Positions 37,445-48,517 of a stretch of DNA of 64,000 nt are shown in pieces; the first letter of the stretch is position 1, and the number at the start of each line of letters is the position of its first letter. The notes beneath the pieces are model-generated. The model did not search any database and had not been told where the DNA came from. It worked only from the letters and a program-made list of their open reading frames with translations. Position numbers and translations under genes: made by a program. The DNA is from Chlorokybus atmophyticus (taxonomy: Eukaryota > Plantae > Mesostigma and Chlorokybus algae). The stretch is taken from NCBI GenBank assembly GCA_009103225.1, contig RHPI01001202.1, positions 119,206-183,205 on the forward strand, read 5' to 3'.

Positions 37445-40400
37445 GGTGACTGGGTGTGCAACTCTCACACGCCTAGCTCTTCACACTGCCAGACCGCCTC
37501 TCCACCAGACCAGGCCAATGCGGGTGGGTTGCACTTGCAACTCGCTCCTGCCTTTTAAACTCACGACAGGACTCGACCCAATGCCAGCCCCTTTCCTTCC
37601 CCGTATGCAGGTCCGCCTAAGCAGTGACGACGACGACGGCGTCAATGGCAACGACAAGGTGCCCGGCGACGACGCAATGCCTGTGCTGACGGACGGAATG
37701 TACGTCGGTACATTCGTACTCACGGCCGTACTGCTGTACGCGCGCAGTGTACTGTACTGTTTGCGTCGTTTGCCGTACCGCAAGTTGGTTCTGCTTTGTG
37801 CTGCGACGCCACATGGCGGCGGCGACCACAGCGAGGTGGTCGTCGTCGTCGTCGATATTGCAGCTCCTGGTGGTGGCTGCATCTGCCACCATCTCCAGGC
37901 CAGCTGCCACTGGCCTGGAGATGGTGGGCTGTCCCTGTGCAGAGTCTGTTTTGCATCCCTTGGTGCAATGTGAGTCCCAACCTGGCCTGGCGCACGATGG
38001 TGTTGATGAATGATACTGCCCTCTCGTCGGCGTGCAAGAAGGCCTGTGTCGCAGCGTCATGCGGCAACAGCAGCAAGCATGCATGCATGCCTTGGGCTGC
38101 ATCCACGTCACGTCACGCGCAACAACGGTGCACACACCATCGTCATCGGCGCAGGTAAACCCATCCACCACCACCAACAATAACAACACCAACGACAATC
38201 AGAGACAGTGCGCTGGGTCCGCTGCACTGCATGTCTCGTGGCTGTCCGCTTGGATGCACGCTTTGTGTTTGAGGTTCCAGGCATCGCTGGCATGGCTGCT
38301 GCGCGTGCGCTATCGAACACACTTCAACCGCGTCATCGTTGTGAACCACGACGCCCTTGCTTTCAAGGACGACCTCAAAAACGATGATGGCATCATCGTC
38401 GTCGTCGTCGTCGTCAACAAGTCACAAGCTCGCGCCATCTCACCTCGCCACGACAGTAAGCCAGCGAGTGAGCGAGAGCTTGCAGTAGTGGTGATGTGAA
38501 GTGCTGTGGCATGCCTGCAGATCGTCCGCGCATGCACGCAGGCCTCGCATGCACAAGCGTGTGGCACGCGCACACACGCAGACAGTGATGCAGCTTCACG
38601 TAAACGCGCACAAAAAAGAATGCATGCATTCACGTAGCACCACTCATGGTGTCGTGTTGTGCCGTCATGGGTGTTTGTCCCGCAGTCCCATCAGCCTCAC
38701 TGTGAAGTGTGCATACGCGCAACGTTGCGCAGACGTGTGTTGAGGACTTGATGCACGCTTTACTGTATGCCACAAAGTACTGTTGGTAAAGGGCTGGGCT
38801 TCAGGCTGATGCAGTCGGTCGATGCCGGCACTCCCATTCAACTATGCGGTGGAGATGAGCATATGTTTCAAATCTTTGGGGACTGGTGAGACAGTTGAGA
38901 GTTGCATGTGTCACGCATACGCACACGAGCCCATGCACGCGCACACGTACCGGCGCACACATACTCGCGCGCACGCACACTCGTACAGCCATCGCGATCA
39001 GGTATTGCAAGGTGCCAAGGGGGATGATGACCTGCAAGGGTGGTCATGGTTGTGGCGGCCGCTGCTGAAGAAGGCCATGCTGCTGGCGCAACCTTGAGCT
39101 TCTCAAGGTTGCGCCAGCAGCTCAAAAGTATCTTGCAGGTGTGTGCCCATGCCTGTGTGCGTGCGCACGCGTATGCATGTATCGGTGTGCGCGTGAGCGC
39201 ACGTGTATGTTGATGTCCGTGCACGCGTGTAAATGAGTCTGTCAACAGGATGTCCGTGCACATATGTGCAGGTGCGCACAAGCATGCTGGCACATCCTTT
39301 TGTCACCATCCTCGTCCATGCACGCCCAGATTGTGTACGCGCGCGCAGTGCGTGTGTTCACCTTGGCATGTGACTTGCTCAATGTCTTACATCAGACATG
39401 AGACTGTGCAAAAGGCACCCAAGTGATTATGGAGCAGCACGCATCAACAAGTCCGAGGAGGTGAGACTGGACTTGTAAATGTGTCAACCACACAGCAGGA
39501 CCACACGAACCTGTATCAGTAACAGGACGTCAGCAACTCCTTGGTTGGCTACATCACCCGCATGTACAACGCCACCGGATTTTGGCAAAGAGTGCTGCAA
39601 GATGCTGATCGTGCGCGGGAGGATTGAGAATGATCAAGTGCAGGTAAGGAGTGTGGTCACATGGCGACATGCATGTTGCACAAGTAGGGTGGAAACCGTG
39701 GTATGTGCGTGGATAAGTGCGTGCATGATCTCTTGAAGTACATTTAACTCAGCTCTCACTGTAGTACAATTGGATAAGGGCGTGCACTCAAAGAAGATAC
39801 ATTCGGCTTGCACCACATACCAGGCCACGATATTTCCAACGAGGTGCAATCACGGATATCGAGCAACTCGTTTGGAGACGAGCACAACCTCATGTGCTTG
39901 CAGATGCACGGGCACTCGGCGCGCCCAGACAGCGTACTCGCCATGCAAGTAGCATGTAGACCAGGGCATGCAGCAGTTCATGTACAGAAGTAGGTGTACT
40001 GGGGGGAATTGAGGGCATGCATGGCGCCGTGCAGTCAGCAATGACATGCAGCAGAACGCTCACCTCAGTACACAGCCACCTCCGGGCTAAGCGCTCGTCT
40101 ATCTCGCCACGCAGTACCCTAGCACACTTCCTTGACTTGAGTTATGCCGTCACATAGCATGTCTTGCACAGCTCTCGCTGCACATGCACAGGCTTTGGGT
40201 CTGTTTCCTTGCTCGAGGCTTTGTGAGATGTGGGTCACGCCTTAGCGCTGTTTGACCACTTTGGCTTCTGTCAATGCCTCCTGCTGCTGCTGCGGATCCG
40301 CACTCCTAAAGGGCGAATGGATATACCAAGGAGTATCGTAATCCCACGCCAGGTCAGACAGGAAAAGCAGGCACAGCCACTTAGGCGGAAGATGCTTGCG

Positions 40401-41560
40401 GGGCCACGTTCTCCGAGGAATCAACTCTGCAATGCCATTACTACATGAGATTGACATTGCCATAGCAGACCTCGCATTGATTGCACGATGCAGTATATGT
40501 GCTACCACTTCCACCACAGACCGTCAGGGGGTCCAATGGTTGCCACCAAAGGATTATTGGGGTCGCTAGCAGGAAATGGTAGCCCATTGTCTACGTAGTG
40601 GTATTCATGATGGCGTGTGATGTGCCTGTGCCAAAGGGACCCGCCAATAGTTACAAAGTTTACCCGGTGCTAGCACAAACCATAGTACTGACATGATAAA
40701 GAATGGATACCCATCCTTCGACATATACGCCCTTTCCAAATATGGTCCATGTATCCTGCATGAACTTGTAGCTCAATCAATTGCTTCAACACGGCAAGCC
40801 ATTGCATTTATGAGCACAAGGAAGCAGTGGGAGCCTTACGCGGATGTCTCTTGCGATCATTAAGCAACATTGCCACAGCTGCCACACGCAGAACGCGAGT
40901 GCACAAAAACTTGTATAGAAACCTTACACATACATGCCGTACAGAGACCAACGGCTCTTGATCGGTGTTATAGTGCAGCCTATAGTAGATGTAGCATTAT
41001 TCTGCAGTTAAAGGGCAAGCTCTAGTGAGCACGGGCTCAGCAACTTGACATCAAGCTTTTAGCATGCTGATCTCAGCAATTACGACAATGGCATCACGCA
41101 CCTGGGCCGCTGCCGTAGACAGCATCCTCGCAGCCAGAGGTGCTTGAGGACGATGGTAAGGTTTCTGGTTCATGCTGGGATGTACTAGCAGGTGCAAGCG
41201 TGATGTTGCATGGGTCCTTGGAGCGTGGCAGACGCCAAATACAGCTTGCAATGGTCTTGCATGACTCCGAAGAGGTCGAAAGCGATGCCGGCCATCAACT
41301 TGCAGCAGTCAACCCAAACCTAGCCTTGTGTGTTGGTGAGCTTGGTACCGCACACCTCTTGGCTGATACTGCAGAACAACATGAGCTTGAGAGCAGTATC
41401 ATTGCATGCTGCATAGGAGTGGCTAGAACTCACAGCCACAAGAGAGACTAGGGGCAAAAGCCTCAAGGCATGTAGACAACAAAAGTGTCATGCTGGCTTC
41501 GCATGATGAAGCACAACTCAAGGCCAACTATCATGATCGGCTATCTATGTACTGTATTTA

Positions 41561-41661
41561 TGCAAATACAACCCCCCTACAAACAACCCCCCCCCACCCC
41601 CCCCCCCCCCCCTTAAAAAAAAAGTAATTGGGGGGTTGTAATAGGGGGGGTTGTATTTGCA
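41561..41661. mobile_element. Short foldback/MITE-like element with poly-C core
   Basis: tgcaaatacaaccccccta...tagggggggttgtatttgca form inverted termini. TA flanks the inner caaccccc...gggggttg unit. Confidence 0.5.
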
Positions 41662-42224
41662 AGAATACGGTACGGGGATGTTACAAAGCGGCGTATGCGC
41701 CGGTCATAACGTGAGTGTTGCATATCAACAAGTGTTAATACTGTCAATACTTCATGGTCCATTCCATAAACCATGGTCAACTGGAAATTGCCATGTGTTA
41801 CCATGCCACTCCGCTTCAATGAAAGTGACGGCTGAGGAGATGCCGTATAACTAGTGAGGGTGTATTTCGATTGATTTGGGATGTCATAGTTAGTAAAGAT
41901 CGGCACATGAGTGCGTCATTATGAAGTATATGGCAGCTTGCATGCGCATAACATCTTTATGTTTATGGACTTGGGCATCATGTTGGTTTAGCACAAACTC
42001 TAAATATGTCACATAACGCTCGGCGCTTGATCTGCTGATAATCGTGCCTTGAGCATGCACCACATGAAAATTGGACATGCTCTGTGGCACTTGGCGCACA
42101 ATGTGTAGCAGCTGTTCATAACTCGTACGTTAAAAGTGCCACGATCACAGTGCTCAGCAACGTCTGTGGTTGTGTTATATGGTTGTGCGCTCTAGGTACC
42201 ATCTATGTTACTCTGTAACACTTC

Positions 42225-42229
<5 letters not shown>

Positions 42230-42282
<53 letters not shown>
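42230..42282. repeat. (CT)n microsatellite
   Basis: Direct reading. Confidence 0.95.
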
Positions 42283-42287
<5 letters not shown>

Positions 42288-43521
42288 TCTCCAAGCAGCA
42301 AGTAGGCATGACGCATTTCACACTTGATGACAATGCATACCTCACACAACACAATACCAACACACGCTCTCTCTCATCTTCTGCAATAACTCCCGACTGT
42401 GACATCATACGGCTCAGGCCGGCCGCTGAGCATGGCAGACTACTCAAATGTTGACGCTCTCGACAAGTGCAAGCACAAGCCTGAGGTCAAGAGTCTCTCA
42501 CTTCCAAGTTGGACTATGTGCGTGTGCGCATGCGTGCATATGTCCAGGTGCATTCGTGTGTGCGCTCACGCATGTGTGTGTCTGCGTGCCCGCAAATGCA
42601 GATGCGCATGCATGTACATGTGCACGAGCGTGTAGGAGGAAGACAACATGACAATCAAGGCCTCCCTAGGGCGCACTCGCTGGTGCAGAGGCATAGAAAC
42701 CCAAAAGGGGCTGCGTGAGGATGCATGACAGACTGTGCCATGGCCAAATGCCCACATTATAGGTTGTGTCGGCAGTTTGGCTAGACTAATTGTGCAAAAG
42801 CGGTAGCAACATCTTGATACGGATTTGAACTGCAAATGGTAGCGACATTGCAAACCCTTCCCTCCCTGCCAAAACGGCATTAACGCCTGATTCTATGGCA
42901 CAACAAGCATCTATGTGCGCATGAAACCAAATGCACCATGTCAGCAGGCCTCCATGCTCGACACCAGTGCACAATATCACTGCATATCTGCCTTTGTCAA
43001 ATTTTTGCTTGCTGGGCTAGCAAGGTACCAAGCATGGTGGTCGCAAAAATGTATGAATTATGCACAAGCACACTCGTGTGACGTAGACACGCATGCAGTT
43101 GCAAGATACCGAAAGGCTGTCTACCAAGGAGAGTGCACGCATAGCATGGAGTGCGCACATAGCCGTGTATACACATTACTCTGCAGCTCGTGTGCAACAG
43201 TATGTAGTTTGGTATCACCATATAGCATTGGTTTTGCTGCTGGCCAAGTGACCATATTTGGAAGATGTTATCCATTGTACATGTGCTGGTTTGTGCGCCG
43301 ATTGAGGGGAAAAGACACCAGCGCCGTGGCAATGCGAGTGAGAGCTGTTGTAGCGCTGAATTGCTTGTGTCAACAGCTTAGTAGAATGGGTCGCATCCCA
43401 CACACGCTGCTCATCCCAACATCATCTTGTTATCCAAAAGAACACGGTATGCATGCACGTGTACCCCAATCAATGCGTGCCTCAGGGCTATGCTTGCACT
43501 GATGCTGCTGACCGTCCCTAC

Positions 43522-46255
43522 CTACTGCGTGGCTTTCTGTCGCTGTACTGCATCCTGCACGAACCGCTCGTTCCTCTCCAGGCACCATCCAAAGAACCAC
43601 CTATGTTTATCCCAAACATCCGTGCACGGGAGGCTGGGGTTTCTGAGGAGTGTGAACATCGGCGCGGGGAACACGCTGGGCAGGAGCTGATGGAGGAAAG
43701 TTGTGGTGACTGTGTACATGATGAAGGGGATCATGTCGAGCTTGCCTAAAGGGAAAGCAGCGTATGAGATGCGTGAGGCTGCGGTGGCCTCGGGAACGCG
43801 CTGGTCGGAGTAGGCGGGTAACACGTGATCAAGGTTGTCTGCAACAGGGTATCATGCGTTGGAGACATGTGTGTGCTCGTGCGTGCGCGCGCATGTGTGT
43901 ATGAGTGCACTCACGGCTGCGCGTGCAAGCGTGTGTGCGTGCAAGCATGCACTCGCGCACGCGTGCACGTGTACCTACAACTGAAGCAGTGGACACAGCG
44001 TCTTCTAAGCAACTTGTTGTGCTGTCACTGTCATCAACACAACAGACCTTGATCTGTTGATTCTCACCTGAGTGGAGATCGAGCAGGCGTACGAGGCAGG
44101 TAACGTCCTGCAAGGCGGTGTTGCATCCTAGACTCATGGTGGATCGCATCGCGTGCGCAGCATCGCCCACGAGCACAACACCGCCGGGGACATCGTGATA
44201 GCGGTTGCAAAACACCTGCCATGGCGGGAAGAAACACATCATAGCAAAGTCAATGATGAGTCAATATACACGCACGCACGCGCACTCGCAAACACGTGAA
44301 CATGTGTGAACAAGAACATGCACACGCATGCACTGTGTGTGTGTTGGTTCAGCAAGTTGTTCTGACCTCAAGTGTGGGTCGGGACTTGTCGTTGAGAAAC
44401 TCCTCGCACATCTCGAGGGTGGGGACAGCGGCGTTGAAATTGTGTTCAAACCAGTCGCGAAGCTCCTGCGGGGAGGCGTCCAGGATCTCCGACGGTCGTG
44501 ACCACGTGAAGTAGTACATCAGCAGCGATGCGGACCCGCCATACTGTGATAGCACCGCCAGCCTGGCTTCTTCTTGAAGACCAGTGGACGCCTTTCGACT
44601 GACACACATACACATACACAACATCACCACAATCCAACACACACACACGCACGCGCACTTGCATACGCATCAACGCGCACACGCACACGCACACGCACAA
44701 GTACAAGCACAAGCACACGTACAAGCACACATACTCAGGCATGTGCACCTTTTGCTCCTAAAGTGGAAGCTGTGCGTGGCGTCTGTGATGCCCCCTCTAT
44801 GCTCTTTAGCCAGCTGCATGGTCTTCCAGTACGCGTGCGTATCCCTAATGTTCACATTAAGGTCTGAAGAGGATGCCTTCAATGCTTCACGCACCGCCGA
44901 GTACACGCCATCGGCACCCACCAACATATCATAAGTTAAACTCGCGCCAGTGTCGAACGTGACAGTGTGGTTTTGCAAGTCCACTTGTGTACACCTGTTG
45001 CAAAATTGTCTCAACAATGAAAGCTGCTAATCCCAACCGCAAACGTGCACATCTGACACAACTCACACCTTGCATTGTAGTGTAGTGTGAACTTGCCGTT
45101 GTGGCGTGCATCGAGCTCGTCCAGCAGCGTGGCGCAAAGCTGGACTCTATCAACAAGGGTCGAATTGGACCGCGGCGTCACTTTAGTCTTGCCACCTGAT
45201 GAGGGTATATCAACCATTGTGCACACGCCTTTCGTGGTTTTGCATGCTGTTGTGCGGACAGAGCATGAGGTGAGTGCTTCGACACAACAAATTCACCTCA
45301 CCTGCAAGGTGCGTGACAACGTGCTTGGCGTTGGATCCTTTCTGGATGACAGCTTGCCATAACCCGTCAACACCTTCCATCGCAGTCCGGCCGCGCTCCC
45401 CCAAAGTCAGACCATACCGGCGCACCTTCTCCTGTTACTTTTGCGTTACCATTTTGCTATTCATACGCATGTGTGCGCATGCAGGCACACACTCAAGCAC
45501 GCGCGCACGCGAAGAGCTGCGTATGTACTGACTGGCACACACATACAACATCATCATGACAAGGTGGCACACACGTACACTTGCGCACGCACACTTACGC
45601 TCAACCTCACACTCATCAATACGCACGTACACATGCATACCTCTGAGATGGCACGCGGATCCCCGCGAGCATCAAACACAGACACCTCAAAGCGATCCCC
45701 TCTATTAAGCAGCTCGTGCGCCAGCAGGAGGCCGGCTGGGCCAGCTCCAACAATCACCACTCGCTTCCTCCCGTCCGACATTGCAGCTGCTGCTGCTGCT
45801 GCTGAAGCCACTTCTCCTTCCGCCCTGACCACATTGGCATTGCGCATGGCTGGACAATGATGACAAAGTCTGCCCGCTTTCTTCCTTCTCGCTGTGTGCT
45901 TGAAACCTTCAAATTTTCTCTGTTTCAAACAAGTTGAGCATCAAATAGCAACACCCGAGTTGGTCAAGTTGACGTAGGTGAAGCAAGCACAAGCATGCCA
46001 TGCCATGCCATGCTAGTGCATGCGTTCAGGCCTGACCTGGTAGTCTCTGAGGCTACTGCTGCTTGGCTTGCTGTGAGTCACTTTTAGGCCAGGCCAAACT
46101 GGCGTGGCGCAGCCTGGCCCGACTACCCTCCTGCTGCCATTCAAGGCCGGGCGGCGCAGTCGGCTTGGGGCGGCTGCTGCGACGGCGGGGCTGACCTTGT
46201 AGAACGAGGAGGACGAGGTGGTGGTGCTTGCGGAGGTCACGGTCAGCAGAAGCAT
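43522..46255 (-). CDS. Kynurenine-3-monooxygenase-like / group A FAD-dependent monooxygenase with transit-like peptide
   Basis: Motifs RVVIVGAGPAGLLLAHELL..VFDARGDPR, YGLTLGERGR.A, YDMLVGADGVYSAVREAL, CNRYH..VLVGDAAHAM..GCNTALQD and LPAYSDQRVPEA. The first exon (46037-46255) is Ser/Ala/Arg-rich. Confidence 0.85.
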
Positions 46256-48517
46256 GCTGCCGGCTCACTCGCCGCCCTCCAGCGACACACCTTACACAAC
46301 GGAGGTTGGAGGTGCATGGAGAAGTGTCTGTGGGGCAGGCAACAACAGCATACAAAGAGACCAATGCGCCGTTGTGCGCAGTAAGGTCAGCCCCTCACCT
46401 CTGACCTGGTCCGCCCGGCAACGCCAATGCCGCTGCGCCGGAGACGCTGTGCTTGGTGAAGTCCGTGACAACTGCACAGGATGGCTGCATGCGTAAGGCC
46501 ATTCCTGTCTGCGGGGGCACGCATTTTACGACACGTTTTTTCGGACCCTATGCCACCACAATACAGTTTTGATCCAGGCAGGGGCAAAGCTACCATTACC
46601 GTAGCAATGGTAAATCTTCCGCAAATTCTATGGCATTAGATTCGCCGGCGAAATACATTTTCACATGTACTCATTTTGCAAAGGCCCCGCCAAACGATGC
46701 ATGCCAAACTATGACATTCTTGAATACTATTATCAAAAGTATGAATGTAATCGTGAATTGCTACCACAAACGTTTCTTTCGCACAAAGATGTTACGGCAA
46801 GACGATATACGCACAAGAAGCAAAGCACAAGAGTAGGAAGCAATGATTCAATCTTGTGCACATACGGGGGAATGGTATGTGCACAAACCAAGTGCGTTCA
46901 AGGGAGCGGTGTGAAGGTGAGTACAGGCAGGAGCCGCATCAGATTGACCAATCAATAACATAGCGGTCAATATGTGCAGTTCGCTGCTTTGTTACAGCTG
47001 AACACTGCACGAGTGCTATTGATCTCGGTCTACCCTGTCTTGTGCATGGTTGCACATAGCAATCAGCCCAAACTGGTTCGGTTGTGCTTAGGTGGTTAGC
47101 GTGGATGAGTGATGTCATTTAATGTGATTGCTTATGATTATGTCAGATAATGTACATTTCGAGCCCCGTATTTTGACTTATATTTCATATATTTTAAAGT
47201 GCATTGCAATACACAGATTGACTGTAACATATGCGTGGCTGCATAAATGCTTAGTTCTCCTACCTATGGCAGCGACTTTTAGTGCCATAGCCTAATGATT
47301 AAGGCGCCGATATTACAATGACTTCGCCATTTGATATGAGCGCCACATGCGTTCATATCAATTGTTATTGGCAACAACTACCAAACAAAGTGGGATTATG
47401 CAACTTGCTTGAAGATTATATTGTCATGTTACTGATGTTGTAGCGATGTAAATGTAAAATGTTACTCTTTATGAAAAACACAAAGTATTTATTATGTACA
47501 CACTATGATACATCAGTCTGTTATGTAATTTATAAGTATATGCTATATATACAAAGTTACTTGCGTGTTTTCATGTTTAGCTATTTTGCCAGCTGGTAAC
47601 AAACATACTCTTGTGGCGTGACCCAGCAAGCTTGTATTTTGTCATGCAGCAGTGGTTGATGTTGCTATTGTACGCAATTTGTACCTTTTTCTGCTTGGCC
47701 TACACCTTGTAATACACACGGGGTGAATACTGGTATATTTCATGCGGCATGCAAGTCGTAGCACAAAACTCGTGTACAAAAATGCAGAGGGCATTCAACA
47801 CAAAATCATGGTGTTTGTATATTTGCAAGTTGAAAGGTTCAGTTGCTATGTGTATGGGGTGCTACTCAATTCTGATGTGTACGGGGTGCTATATGTGTCA
47901 ACTTATACTTAAAGCCAGAAACAATAGAATCTGCAAATCGTGTCTAATGTGCGTGTTCATACATTGAGTGTTTCGTGGTGTCGTTGCATGGCATTGTGAT
48001 GTGAGTAATCTGCCACAAGGGGTTGAATTGCCTTTTCGCCCCATCTGGCCCTATGGTCATGGTAAACAAGCCGTCCTTCTAATTGTCCAGTCAATGCAAG
48101 GGGGAACTGCCCATGCACATTATGTGCTTGCAGTACCCATGACAGGTAGCATTACATGACATGTGCCTATCAATGCTGTAATAATATGTATACAACAAAG
48201 AAGTCCACAGCTAAGGTGCCATTGTAACCTGCAACCTTTGTTGACAAGTGTGACATGCAATGAATACGACCAATGAGACAGCAGCCGCCTAGCATTAATG
48301 CTTTGTAACACGACCTGCATAACTCACAACAACCATGCTTCCTGAACACGCTAGCAGCAGCAACTACCATGATGGTTACTGCAGCTAGCAGAACAATGCT
48401 GCTCCTAATGGCTGTTGCAAGAACTGCCAGCTGCTCATTTGCATTCTTTGCAGAACAGCTGGCAGCCAATGCTGCAGCACATCAGGTTGCAAACGGCCAA
48501 AGTTTGCAGCATACCAA

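Larger units (their letters stand above)
38133..42485 (+). pseudogene. Decayed paralogue of the LasC-like monooxygenase, head-to-head with the intact copy
   Basis: Exon remnants are HTIVIGAG| (38133-38154), IAGMAAARALS-fs-HFNRVIVV (38281), VPQSHQPH (about 38677), LLVKGL (38778) and YCKVPR-fs-DDDLQGWS..RPLLKK (39002). They continue with PK*..KSEE| (TGG>TGA at 39424), GYITRMY..PPDFGKE..IENDQVQ| (39526-39643) and GSGRPLSM..ALDKCKHKPE| (to 42485). Confidence 0.88.

Noticed and set aside
43200-43380. Minus-strand frame faintly resembling the KMO-like C-terminus (ATTALTRIATALVSFPL)
   Set aside because: Similarity is too weak to support a duplicate exon.
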